A stretch of DNA of 63,197 nt, counting the filler, from Hyphochytrium catenoides (lineage: Eukaryota; Protista; Hyphochytriomycota), in the NCBI GenBank assembly GCA_900088475.1. It is 13 parts of 13 records of this genome, joined end to end, with 100 filler letters (N's around TTAATTAATTAA, not from the genome) between each part and the next. Parts side by side here need not be neighbours in the genome. Positions count along the whole stretch, not along the records: positions 27,019 to 31,422 come from FLMG01004753.1; positions 31,523 to 32,711 come from FLMG01000033.1; positions 32,812 to 39,831 come from FLMG01001870.1; 10 more parts are not named here. The stretch is one strand, 5' to 3'. Positions 27,019-38,712 of the stretch are shown piece by piece. The position numbers and the translations under genes are program-made. The stretch's first letter is position 1; each line of letters starts with the position of its first letter. The notes under the pieces are model-generated. The model worked only from the letters and a program-made list of their open reading frames with translations. It made no database searches and was not told where the DNA came from.

Positions 27019-28531
27019 GGCGATGGCATTGTGACTGAGATTGAGCTCCTTCAGCGCTGACAAACGCAGGAGCTGCGGCGGCAGAACCTGAAATCTATTG
27101 CGAGAGAGATCCAACATCCGCAGCGACTTCAGACCGCCGAAGGACGGAGGGAGAGAGAGGAGGTGGTTTCTCGAGAGCTGGAGGCCTTCGAGACTCCAAC
27201 AGCTGGGCAGCGTGTCTGGCAAGGCTAGAGAAGAGAGAGACAGAGACAGAGAAAGAGAGGGAGAGAGAGAGAACAGGCACGTAAGGAAGAAAGCAAAAGT
27301 ATGCAAAGAGGCGATGGGTACTGAAAAGGGAAGCTGAGCTAAGTAAGGTAAGCGTCAGAAGCCCTCAGAGATGGAACAGAACGAGAGAGCTGGGGGAGAG
27401 AGAGGAGAGAGAGAGAGAGAGAGAGAAAGGGAGAGAGAGAGAGAGAGAGAGGCGAGGCAGAGAACTACGAAAAAGAATGGAGAGGAAAAGAGAAAGAAGG
27501 ATAGAATAGAATAGAAAAGGAGGACACCGAGACTTGAATAGTAGGCGCACAAAGGGCAAGTGAGACCGACCGACAAACAAGACAGACAGACAGATAGAGA
27601 CAGAGACAGAGACAGAGAGAGAGAGAGACAGAGAGAGAGAGACCAAACTCCTGATGATTAAGGAAAGCTCCAGGAGCATGGACACACGACAGAGCAACAG
27701 CTCACATTCAATCTCATTCTCCTCGAGGTCCAGCTTCCTCAGATTCTTCAGCAGTCCGACAGTCTCTGGCAAGCTCTTCAGCCGGTTCCGGGCGGCGAAC
27801 AGCTCCTGCAGCGCCGCAAGGCCGCCTAACTCTTGGGGAAGATCCCAGAGCTCGTTGCCTGTCAGGTTCAGAACCTGAAGGCTCTTCAGGCGACCTATCT
27901 TTTGAGGGAGAGAGGAGAGACGGTGCCAAGGAGTCAAGGAAGACGAGGGTTGGTGGAGGTTTGGGAGCAAGGAAGATCACAAAGAGAAGGGAGAGAGAGG
28001 GGAGAGAGAGGATCAGAGAGACACAGAGAGAGAGAAAGATTAAGAGAAAGAGAGAGAGTGAGAGAGAGAAAGGATGGCTACCCTAAAAGGAGGGTAAAGG
28101 TTAAGGGTAAGCGGCAAAGAAAGGAAGAGAGAGAGAGAGAGAGAGAGAGAGANNNNNNNNNNNNNNNNNNNNNNCCAAACTGCTCGGCAGCTTCAGGAGA
28201 AAGTTCCCTTCGAGGTCGAGCTCCAATAAATCTCCCAGACAATCTCCATCAGAAACTCCAAAGGCGTCTGCAGATATCTGCGTCATTGCATTGTGAGACA
28301 GACGGAGAATCTCCAGCTGACGAAGGCGTCTCAGATCGCCGTGCAGGCGTCGGATCTTGTTGTTCATGAGAAGGAGAGAACGAAGAGGAGAAAGAGAACG
28401 AAGAGATCTTGTCTCCTTATTCTCTTTGTCCTCGACGGTCTGGCTTGAGCTGGTGGACGGTATGGCCAGCAGCTGATTGTATGAGGCCTCCAACGTCTAG
28501 GGGGAAGAGAGAAGAAGCGCAACGAGACAGA

Positions 28532-28566
<35 letters not shown>

Positions 28567-29323
28567 GGCGAGATCAGTCAAAAATCATAGCGGGAAGCAA
28601 GGGAAAGGATAGGGAAAGAGAGAGAGAGAGATGTTCGGCAAAATGATAGGCAGGAGCACCCGGTACAAGGTGAAAAGAAGAGAGAGAGACAGAGAGGTCG
28701 GAAGAAGAGAGAGAGAGAAAGAGACTACTCTAACCATCCTTTATAATTCTCTCTCTCTCTCCTTCTTCCATAAGCTTCCTCCCCCATATATTGGCATCTT
28801 TGTCTCTCTTCTCTCTCACCTGCAGGAGAGGCATGAAGAACGTGTCTGTCGGCAGCTCTCGGAGCTGATTGAACTGGAACTGAAGAGAGGAAGAGCGCTC
28901 GAGGAAAGGAAGAAGCTTCTCTGGCACGCTGGACAGTCTGTTGCCTTCCACTCTGAGCACTTGGAGAAGAGAGAGAGAAGAGAGATATCTAGGGAGAGAA
29001 GAGAGAGAGTTGCTGTGAAGATCGAGCAGGCGAAGAGAAGAGAGAGAGGAGATGACCATGGGCACTTCTGACAGCTCATTGTGATGCAGAACTAGCGCTT
29101 CCAGCTTCTCCAGACTCTTCAGGTCCATCTTCGCACCAAGACAGGGTCCAGTGGCAGAGGAGAGAGAGAGAGAGAGAAAGGAGAGATACAAGGTCAGGTG
29201 AGAGAAAAGAGAAGATGTCAGAGAGACAGGGGAAAACTGAGAGAGCAAGCTAGAGAAAGAGAGGGCGGTAGAGTCGAAGGAGCCTCAACAGGTGGAAGTT
29301 CACAGAGGCCACGAGTCAAGGTC

Positions 29324-29363
<40 letters not shown>

Positions 29364-29364
29364 T

Positions 29365-29396
<32 letters not shown>

Positions 29397-31421
29397 ACTA
29401 CCCCGTTTTGTCTGTCTCTCTCTTCGTCCCTCGCATTATCTCCTGACTTCTCTTTCATCGTCCTACCGGCAGATCGGTGAGCTTATTATGAGAGAGATCG
29501 AGATGTCTCAGGCGGCTCATCCAGAAGAAGAAGCCCTCTACAGGCAGCTTCTGCAGCCCCAGCTCAGAGAGAGAAAGAGAAGAGAGAAGCGTCAGACGGC
29601 CTCGTGCGGCTTTGGCCTGGTAGAGAGAGAGAGGAAGCGTCTTCTTTCTGTCCTGGACATCGGTGTGGAGGTCTATGTCTCCTCCTCTCTCTCTCAGTCT
29701 AAGCACCATTCGATCTTCTCTCCTCTCTTCTACTTTTCTCCACTCTTCAGCCTCTTTCTCCTTTATCTGTTATCAGGAGAGAAGAAAGAGAGAAAGAAAG
29801 GGGAAAGAGAGAGAGGAGAAAAGGCCAAGTTGGACAGAGGAGAGGTTAGAGTAGAGATGAGGAAGAGAAAGAGAGACAAGGATGGAGAGAGAGAGAGAGA
29901 GAGGAAGATATCTTCGAAAATGAGACAACGACGCATCTGAGGCCTGGGAAATGGATTGATGGCTGAGACAAAGCTCCCCTAGATAGCATCTGCCATGAGC
30001 ATGGGTTGGCGGGAGAGAAAGAGAGAGAAAGAGAGAGAGAGAAAGAGAGAGATGCAGAGGGTGGGGCGATAGCCTAAGAGAGGGCGAGCGGAACAGAGGG
30101 AGAGAGATATAGAAGGCTAGATAGGGCAAGGTTGGGAGACGGAAAGGAGTCACAGGAAATTTGCAGCGAGGGAACGGAGATGGAAAGAGAGTGAGAGAGA
30201 GAGAGAGAGAGAGACAAGGAGAGAGAGAGAGATGGCGATAGGCGCGTTCCACACCTGGTTATTGACTCTGAGACTCATCTCTTCCTTGGCTGCCTCCGCT
30301 TCCATCTGCATCTTTGCCTTCAGCTCCTGTGCCTGTCTCTTCTGCAGCACTAAGAGCCGCTGAGCCTTCCTCCTCCAGAGCTCCTGAGCCTTTGAAGAGA
30401 GACCACTCGCCACTCTTGCGCCGATGACATCTCTCTCTCCTTTCTCTCTCTTCTGCCGGCGTCTCTCTTGCTGTCTCTTCCGAAGTTCTGACGCCTCAAT
30501 GGCCACTCTTTCTCGAAGAAGAAGAAGCGTCTTCCGGAGCTCTTCATCTTCCTCTTTCACGGCCTGACGGAGCCGGGGATTGTTCTCATCGGAGACCGGG
30601 ATGCCGATGATGTTCAGAGCGACGGGGATCTTTCTCTTTTCCAACTGCGGAGAGCAAGAACGACAGGGACAGAGAGAAAGATGAGAGGGAGAGAGAGACA
30701 AAGGATCAGAGAGCCAGAGAGAGCAAAAGAGAGAGAAAGGAAGGAGGAGAGGCAAAAGTGGACAGAAAAGGAAGACGAAGAGAAAGACCGCCATAGAAAG
30801 GAAAATGGAAACAATAAGAGAGAGAAAAATAGGGAACAGGGAGAGAGAGGTAAACGTCGAAGCAGACGGAAAGAGTAGAAGCCCATCTCGAGAAAGGAGA
30901 CGAAAGGGAGAGAGAAGAGGTTGGCATGAACAGAAACAGCCAGCAAAGAGAGAAAGGAAGGCCCGTAGAAGAGAGGACACTAAGAGAGAGCGAGAGCGAG
31001 AGAGAGAGAGAGCGAGAGAGAGAGAGGGGGAGAGAGAGAGAGAGAAGGACAACACAGAGAGAGAGAGAGAGAGAGAAGGACAACACAGAGAGAGAGGGAG
31101 AGAAATCAAGAAGAGAGGGAAAGAGAGAGAAAGAGAAGAAGAGAGGTCTATGCCTCACCTCGGCAGCACTGCTGCATAAATTCTCACTCCAGGTCCATAC
31201 AAACTGCTTGTAACTGATCGTCCTCTCGTTCTCTTTCCCTCTCCCACTCTCAAAAGATGGAAGAACGTTCCTGATGACGCCGTGAAGGCTGCTCTCTCTC
31301 CCTTTCGTCTCCTCTCCTTCTTTTTCCTTTCTTTCTTTCTCTCTTCTCTTCTTCTCCTCCAACTGTCTCTTTCTCTCCTTTCTCTCCTTTCTCTCTCTCT
31401 CCAGTGCCGCTGAGAAGGCAG
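27019..31421 (-). CDS. Leucine-rich-repeat protein with charged coiled-coil N-terminal region (both ends truncated)
   Basis: Exons ending at 31159, 30644-30255 and 29766-29467 join in frame (...RVNNQ|IKEKEAEEW...). Further exons at ~29140-28820, ~28495-28176, ~27895-27708 and ~27220-27019 carry many LxxLxLxxNxLxxLP repeats. Confidence 0.85.
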
Positions 31422-31800
31422 ANNNNNNNNNNNNNNNNNNNNNNNNNNNNNNNNNNNNNNNNNNNNTTAATTAATTAANNNNNNNNNNNNNNNNNNNNNN
31501 NNNNNNNNNNNNNNNNNNNNNNGAGAGAGAGAGAGAGAGAGAGAGAGAAGGAGAAAAAAAAGAGAAAAGGATCAGATGACCTCGGGAGTAGAGGAAGAGA
31601 GAGGAGGAGATAGCGCAGAGTGGATTAGGGGAAGAGAGGGAGACAGAGTGAAGAGGCAGCAGGGGAAGATCTCGGGACACGCAAAAGAGAGAGAGGCCAG
31701 GGAGAGCGGGAGAGAGAAGGAAAGAAAGAGAGAGATTAAGAGAGGACACAGGGTGGAGATAGGCGGCGGTAGACATGAGAGTTGGCAGCGGACAAATTAC

Positions 31801-32307
31801 CTCTCCTCCGTCGTCCAGGACAAACACTTCTCCATGCTCAAAGGGAGACATCGTGCCCGCATCAGAGTTCTGCGGCCCCGAAGGATGAGAGAGAAGAGAG
31901 AACCGTGCGGTTACGGAGGAAAGATGATAATGGAAGAGAGAGGCCATGAAGCAGACAGAGGCGATGAAAGTAATGGCAAAGGCAAAAGAGAGAGAGAGAG
32001 AGAGAAGAGAGGGATAGAGAGAGATGCGTGAATCAACGACAGCCGGACAGAGCCTAATGGTAAAAACATGGGGAAAGAGAGAAGCTGGAGAGAGAGAGAA
32101 TGCACGAGAGACAGTCAAAAGAGAGTGAAAGCGAGAGAGTGTGTGAAGAGGAGAGAGAGTGAAAGGTTGCAAGCCTACCAGGTAAGGATCAATCTTGATA
32201 GCGGTGACACTGAGTCCCGCGGCCTTGAGGATGACGCCGATGCTGCTGATGGTGATGCCTTTGCCCAGGCCGCTGACCACCCCGCCAGTCACTACTACGT
32301 ACTTCAT
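31801..32307 (-). CDS. CTPS: CTP synthase, N-terminal exons
   Basis: Exons 32307-32179 ([17 protein letters not shown]...KIDPYL) and 31869-31801 ([23 protein letters not shown]). Confidence 0.97.
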
Positions 32308-32673
32308 CTTCCTCGACCGGGCGACGGTGCAGCTCTCTCTCTCTCTTTCTCTCTGATTTTCCTGTCTCTTCGCTCCGTTTTGGGCTCTTGCAGGTCGATA
32401 GTCCGCTCTCCAGTGTCGGACGGAGAAGGGAAAGAAAGTGGGAGGACGGCCACTGAAGAGAAAGAACCTGGAAGGAGTGAGCAAGGAGACTAACGGGCTG
32501 AGGAGGAGTAGAACTATAGGGAGGGCGATCTCTCTCTCTCTCTTTCTCTCTCTCTCTCCTCAGCATGAACGTCGTTTCTTCCACGCCAGTGGCTTGTCTC
32601 TTCATCCAGTGTCTCTCTGGTGGGTTGTCCATCTCTCTCTTTATGCGTGTGTCTGTCTGTATCTCCTTCCACC

Positions 32674-32711
<38 letters not shown>

Positions 32712-33603
32712 NNNNNNNNNNNNNNNNNNNNNNNNNNNNNNNNNNNNNNNNNNNNTTAATTAATTAANNNNNNNNNNNNNNNNNNNNNNNNNNNNNNNNN
32801 NNNNNNNNNNNAACCCTACCCATAAAGAGAGCTCGCTGCTCTATTAGAAATTCCAACACATTTCGTTTGCTCATATCTCGGCTTCTACTGGGAGTTTAGA
32901 GCTGAAACTTGGGTAGTTAAGCTTTCCAGCTTGTAGTCCACATAGCTGTGCCCTCAGACTCCAACACCTGCGTCGTTGTTCTGCAAGATTGGAGATACAG
33001 CTCATCATCCTCTTCCTTATACTGGAACGGATGGTCACTCATCTGTTAGGACTTGAAAGCTTCAGACTTTGACACCTACCCAGGCATGGAAGGATAGGCA
33101 ACCAAAATTCCGTTGGTTGTTATTAGCAAGAGTTGCCTCCACTCCTTGGGTTTGGCACAAGCGCACAAGGATCTGCTCTGGGATCAATAGATAGACTTGT
33201 GGAGAGCGCATTTAGGTTTGCAGAAGAGGTGCAAGTATCAAGTCACCTGTCATAGTGTCATAGAGCTTTTAGGAGAGAAGGTTTTCTCTCCTTTCACCTT
33301 TCTTGTCAACAGGCTCCTTCTTTGGTTTGGCTTTGTTGTCTCCACCACCTGATAAATTTTCTAGGGGAAAACTTTATGTTAGGAAAGACCTATTCTTCTT
33401 TCCTCTGCATGCTAAGCATAAGAGAGGAGACTCTCAGTCTCGCTTGTCTCATTTCCGCAGAACACATTCTTATCGCTGACAGAACCTGCTGTCGCGCTTG
33501 CCGAAGACTCACTTGTTGAACTGTGATCGACGCTGCAACCAAAAAGTGTACAGCGGACGACGCAGAGGGGAAAAAACTCTGCATATAACAAAATGGAGAT
33601 TAG

Positions 33604-34314
33604 TTATTGCGAGCCCGAAGTGCGAGCCTTAATTTCAACCCACAGGGGCTTCAGCATAAATGGACTTTTTCGTATTGTCTGTGTGTCTGTGTGTGTGTTT
33701 GTGATCAAAATTTCACTATTTATTTTTCATCAATCACTGTTTAGGTTTTTCTTTGGGTTGGCTCTTTGTGTACTTTTGGTGATATGAAAGGGGTCAGAGA
33801 AGAAACGAAAGGGTTTTTATGAACATAACTCGAATTTGTAACGCGAGACGTATCACCATAAACCGAGACACATCGCGTGCGTCCACGCGAATGTTGTATA
33901 AGTACTCTCATTATACCTGAGACGCATCACCTACAGTCCTGTTTTTTTAGCTGTAGGAGCTGAGGGTGGAGGTGACATGTCACGCGACTCCTGCAGCAGT
34001 CAAGAGTTGAGAAAGTTTCGCCATTCACTACCTGGTCAATCACTCACTCACTCACGCACTCACTACTCTGCTGTAGGAAGCGTGGGTGAACGAGTAAGGA
34101 GATGCTTTAGAGAGTCTACCTAGGAAATACAGATAGAACTAGTTCTCAGTTCTAGTTCTAAGGCCTTACATGTAGAAGGAATGAAGAGTTCTTGGTGTTA
34201 TTATTTGTACAACTAAATCAGTGATCCAAGCATCTCCACTAATAATACAGCCGAAGGCTGGATTACGCACTAGTAACGTCGGGCGAGCCCTAGGCGAAGC
34301 CTAAAGCTATTGAT
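33604..34314 (+). mobile_element. Insertion in the 5' LTR with Helitron/Helentron(HINE)-like ends
   Basis: Absent from the 3' LTR. Hairpin CAGCC-GAA-GGCTG (34248-34260) is followed by CTAG|T (34270-34274), and a second hairpin TAGGC-GAA-GCCTA lies at 34291-34303. Imperfect sub-terminal IR GCGAGCCCGA/TCGGGCGAGC and internal (GT)/(ACTC) microsatellites are also present. Confidence 0.55.
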
Positions 34315-34320
34315 AAAAGA

Positions 34321-34399
34321 GTACGTTTGGTGTATGGTGCATACTGGTTAGATGCCGGCATCAAAGACAGAAGTCCTGGGCTCGAATCCGGAGCGTACA
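34321..34399 (+). ncRNA. tRNA-like unit in the 5' LTR (T stem one base short)
   Basis: Acceptor stem GTACGTT/AGCGTAC plus discriminator A, D stem GTGT/ATAC, A-box-like TGGTGTATGG and B-box-like GCTCGAATC. Confidence 0.65.
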
Positions 34400-34694
34400 A
34401 ACTTCTCTCCGGTATATCCAGACACCCCCCAATATTAATTCAAAGTGCTCACCACCAAATAACAAAATCCAACATGGTGTACGCTCCGAGCGATTTAACT
34501 CGGGCAACATATTGAGCCATTCGGTTCTGTGACACGGATGACCATCACAGTTCCATTTCAATCTAGAGCTTACAGAGTTCTCTAGATTTCGGGGGAGTGT
34601 TGAACTGTGATCGACGCTGCAACCAAAAAGTGTACAGCGGACGACGCAGAGGGAAAAACTCTGGTATATAAACAAAACGGAGATTAGCTAAAGA

Positions 34695-34780
34695 GTACGT
34701 TTGGTGTATGGTGCATACTGGTTAGGGTGTCGGCATCAAAGACAGAGGAGAGGCCCTGGGCTCGAATCCCGGAGCGTACA
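34695..34780 (+). ncRNA. tRNA-like unit in the 3' LTR; anticodon not assignable
   Basis: 7-bp acceptor stem GTACGTT/AGCGTAC, D stem GTGT/ATAC, TGTC/GACA central arm and T arm CTGGG-CTCGAAT-CCCGG. Discriminator A34780 is followed by TTTT at 34784-34787 (Pol III terminator-like). Confidence 0.72.
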
Positions 34781-35062
34781 AACTTTTCTCCGGTATATCC
34801 GACAGCCCCCAATATTAATTCAAAGTACTCACCACCAAATTATTAATCTAACATCACTTGCTCATGTTGCAATCTTCACATTCACTAGTGCTCAAATACC
34901 TTTCTCCTCGTGATTAGTTATACAGCCATAGCCAACCAGCTCAACTTGATCGGTCATAGCTCGACCCTGAGTTGCTGATGGGTTTGCAGAAGGACGCTGA
35001 ACAGAGGGAAGAACAGAACAAATCTGTTCGAGAGAGGATCTCTACTGAAGCAAAACTCTTTT

Positions 35063-35200
35063 GTGAAGGAAAGGGATCAACAACAACAAGGCCCGCCTAG
35101 GAAGAGAGATAAGCCCAAGAACGTCTGTAAGGCTTGCAGAGAGACTGGGCATTGGGCCAATGACTGTCCTCTTGGGAAGGGCCAGTGTCTTACCCTGGCT
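35063..35200 (+). pseudogene. Retroelement gag zinc-knuckle fragment
   Basis: CKACRETGHWANDC matches CX2CX4HX4C. The flanking frame is broken. Confidence 0.6.
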
Positions 35201-35317
35201 TTCCAGTGTTGGGTGCTACAATGCTCGTTGTCAGTAATCACTCTCTATACACACCTAGCTCTCAGAGGCATAGTCGTTACGGGTAAAACTGTGTTATGGG
35301 TGAAGAGAGTCGTGTGA

Positions 35318-35998
35318 GGAGAACTCACTGACCTCTTCTTTTGAGTAAAGGGACTTGTTAGTAGGAGGACGGATTTAGGCGCAGATTGATCATCAGAGCA
35401 CCAAGAGAGACGTTCTTTCAGTGAATTGACAGATAATCATCAAGTCCCTTTGTTATATCTTCATCTAGACGGAGCTTCAGACAACATCAACGTCTACCTC
35501 TGCTAAATTTCATCAGGTTATGTTGACTCCCCACACTCGCTGTTGGTGACTGCTGCTTCTCTGCTCATCTGAACGCTGGCGTGACGACCCTGTCCTATCA
35601 GGATGGGATTAAAGGAAGGCCGAGTTCATCCGCACAATATCGCCACTGTTCTACGCAGCAAGGACCAGTATCCTAACTGGTCAAGCTGCAGCGAATGCGA
35701 AAGAAGTCCAGACCAGCCACAAATGGCTGCTAGAAAGCGTATGCTCCAGCCACATTGCTGGAGATCGCTCACTCTTTCTTTCTTTCAGAGGGTGGTGGGG
35801 AGAATTCGCTGACCTCTTCTTTCTTTTGAGAAAAGGGACTGCGTTAGGACGAGGATGGAACGCTGCGCAGATTAATCAGCAGAACACCAAGACACATTTC
35901 ATTATGTCAATTTACAGATAACCATCATCAACAAGTCCCTTTGATATACGTTCATCTAGACAGAGCTTCAGACATCATCAACATCTACTTCTGCTAAA
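35318..35998. repeat. Diverged ~190-200-bp direct repeat pair
   Basis: GGAGAA..C.CTGACCTCTTCTTT...CAAGTCCCTTTG...TTCATCTAGAC.GAGCTTCAGACA.CATCAAC.TCTAC.TCTGCTAAA at ~35318-35507 and ~35799-35998. Confidence 0.7.
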
Positions 35999-36354
35999 GC
36001 TTCAAAACTATTTAAAATAGTTGGCATAGCCAGAATAGCTCTAGATTGTGGGACCGCAGCTGGGCTTATAAGTATCCGGTAGTATAGATGACGGTCATTA
36101 TACTGTCCAAATCTCAGCTTCCAGCTCTTTCTAGTTGCTGAGATATCCCTATTACAAGTTAGCACAGTTAGCTGCTAGTACTACGTACGGCGATAGACCA
36201 CCATCTAAATGAGTGGCTGTGAGGCATCCAAGTCCTCGGATGCCAGTAAGGCCGGCTCATCTGGTCCGGTCCCCACTTCATTCATTCTAATCTCACTTTC
36301 CAATTTCCCAAGTACCCCATAAGTCAACATCATCATCTAAGAGATTGTGAGTGG

Positions 36355-37900
36355 TAAATGGCATCGCTGAGTTCATTGTTGCCATTACTTTCTTCTGAAA
36401 CCGCTTTCTTTTGGAGATATCGTCCCACTTTTCAAGGCAAGAAGATCAGCAAGTCCTCCCACGGACACAAAGTCTATATTGTCCATTTCTCTTTCCAGTT
36501 TCATTATCAAGACCTATTTCAAGCGGCCAGAATAATCAACAAAACAAGCTCTCTTGTGGTTATGATATAAAAGCTACAAGGGATGGAGGACTACCCTGTT
36601 TTTGGCGATGGGGGCTTATCTCGATGAACTGAACCTCCTTCATCATGTTGACAGGAGCCAAAAATCCCCTGATATCTCCTCAAAGAACAAGTTCAAGTCT
36701 ACGTCCAGGACTACGATGCAGACTTCTTGGCTAAGGAATGACAAAGGGCCCTTAAACAAGATTGTTTTGGCAGTAGCTGACAGCATTATTTCAATTCTAC
36801 CTCGTAGAGGAACTGCGAGAGAAGCTTGGCTCAAATTGGATAAATCATTTTTTGGAGCATAAGTGCGAACAACAATGTGACTACTTCTAATTTCTTATCG
36901 GCAAGGGTAGATGAAGACAAGACATTAGCCTATTTCTGTGCGAGGAGAGAAGAAAGGCTTGTTTTACTTTGAGAAATGTTGGAGAAGAAAGATTTCTACG
37001 ACAACCTCTATAGGGCTACAGTACGTATTATGGCCCTTCCACCCTCATATGAAGGTATCGCTCAAGCCATCCAAGTGGGTGGAACACAGGAACTATGTGC
37101 AACTGCCATAGATGATATTCTTATCGGAGAACAACACCGAAGACGTGCTATGCGCTACCAACCAACAAGAGTTATGATGAAGTAGAAGGCTTTGGACCAT
37201 ACTCTCTCCATCAACAAAGGATGACGGAACCCATTATCATCATCATAAGAGTCCAGCAACAAGGCTCATCACTCAGCATCATCATCATCAAACAATAAAG
37301 TTCGCGACCAATAGCAGGAGTGCTCAATTCGCGGAAGTCGCAGCCAACATCCTCCGGAGAGATGCTGGGAACTCGAGGAGAACGCTTCTCACCGACCGTC
37401 TTATTGAAAATCACTCTCCAAGGGATCTGTCAACGGCTTTGAAGAAGTCCATGACATTCCTTCATCAAAGAAGAAGACTTCTTATCGTGAAGCAGTAGTT
37501 CCCATACTAGGAAGAACTGAAGGACAAAACCAGCTCATTACTAAGGGAGCATCTCAACAACCAACTAAAATATCGCTTTCCGAAGAGAAAGCACGACTAG
37601 AGTCAACCAACATCAAGGTCCCAAGGATCAAAATGAAGGAGAATTAAACATTTCACAGGCCTCGAATCAAGAGAAATTGACGCTGACAACAACATTCTCC
37701 ACACTTTCTATCTAGCGCTGAAGCAATCAGACACTGTGGAATTTTCTAATGATGAACTCGACGCGTTATCAAAGACGCTAAGGAAACAACATCTCCTCGA
37801 CCTCGCTGTTCAACGTACAACACGAAATCTGTGCAATTGAAACCCAAGCGTCAGGCTATTTCTTTCCTAGCGGGTCTACAGCATGCGGGAAGTGTTGAAT
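36355..37900 (+). mobile_element. Degenerate Ty1/copia-type element: frameshifted gag, no pol, PPT and start of an LTR
   Basis: KLQGMEDYPV/W..MGAYLDELNLLHHV...TAREAWLKL resembles copia gag. The region is nearly identical to 39350-39831. PPT-like GCGGGAAG is followed by TGTTGAA at ~37893. Confidence 0.7.
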
Positions 37901-37949
37901 ATTCAGATTCGGCCCTTCACTTTAGTAGGGAGGAGTTCGAGCTGTAGAG

Positions 37950-38013
37950 AGGTGTTGGAGTCTGAGGGCACAGCTATGTGGACTACAAGCTGGCAAGCTT
38001 AGCTACCCAAGTT
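37950..38013. repeat. LTR 5'-end segment also present in inverted orientation at ~32907-32970
   Basis: TGTTGGAGTCTGAGGGCACAGCTATGTGGACTACAAGCTGG.AAGCTTA.CTACCCAAGTT matches the reverse complement of 32907-32970. Confidence 0.8.
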
Positions 38014-38262
38014 CTAGGGCTTATGGTCAGTACCCCTGAATACCTTAGGACTGACTGTTCTGGACAAGGATATCTCTATGACTTAATATCTTAGGTTTTA
38101 TCTGGAATAGTTGGCATACTGAGCATAGGCTCTAGCTTGGGGGCCCCAGCTGGGCCTATAAGTAAAGCACTCACGCCTATTGACATTATCCAATCATCCC
38201 ATTACAAATTCAGCAGAATATTATAGTGGCATACGGAGCAGCAGTGAGTAGCTACTGCGGCA

Positions 38263-38712
38263 GTGGCATCCACCCAGAGAGGGGAAAGCAGCATAGGCAT
38301 CAGACCAAGAGCAGAGCTGGCGGCGGAAATGAGAATACAATGCCAACTCGCCCATGAGAGAGGTATGGAGACCTTGATCTTAGCTGATACTAACGGCGTA
38401 TGCACACCCTTAGACGACAGACTGTCGGGTGGGCTGAACAATGGGGACACCCACTCCGAAACGGTGACAAGCGTCCTAATGAGTTTGGAGCTGACAGATA
38501 TCTTTAGCCTAAAACATCCATACCTGCAAGCCTGGACATGCACGTCAACTCGGGGAGGACAGGTAGCCACCCGAATAGATCAAATCTGGGCCTCATCTCT
38601 ACTGGCTGAGCTATGCAGCGACATTTTCATAGCCAAAATGAGACTAGAGAGAGGTGACCCCACGCTCAGTGATAGCAGACTTAGCCTAAGCAGAAACATT
38701 ACTGGGAAATGA
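38263..38712 (+). mobile_element. LINE-type AP-endonuclease (EEP domain) fragment
   Basis: ILADTN (GDFN equivalent), LTDIFSLKHP, AWT and TRIDQIWAS appear in the L1/Tx1 endonuclease motif order. Confidence 0.7.

Larger units (their letters stand above)
33514..34853 (+). mobile_element. Non-autonomous miniature LTR retrotransposon (TRIM) with tRNA-like sequence in its LTRs
   Basis: TSD TCACT at 33509-33513 and 34854-34858. The 5' LTR (TGTTG...AACA) spans 33514-34474 and is interrupted by a ~710-bp insert. The PBS starting TGG lies at 34475, the internal domain is 123 bp, the PPT GGGGGAG is at 34591-34597, and the 3' LTR spans 34598-34853 (256 bp). Confidence 0.9.

Noticed and set aside
27896-27930. 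LRR-like 'RLSSLPQKI' lacking an upstream AG, considered as a non-canonical acceptor
   Set aside because: The canonical TAG acceptor at ~27896 joins LKLPSSL|G to RLKSL in frame, so the peptide is chance intron translation.
34695-34780. Calling the LTR unit a functional decoding tRNA such as Met-CAT
   Set aside because: The anticodon arm is irregular (4-bp stem, 9-nt loop, extra bases), T54 is replaced by C and the two copies differ there. It is kept only as tRNA-like.
32907-38013. 64-bp inverted pair read as TIRs of a 5-kb DNA transposon
   Set aside because: The copies begin TGTTGG and read outward like two oppositely oriented LTR starts; no TSD or transposase was found.
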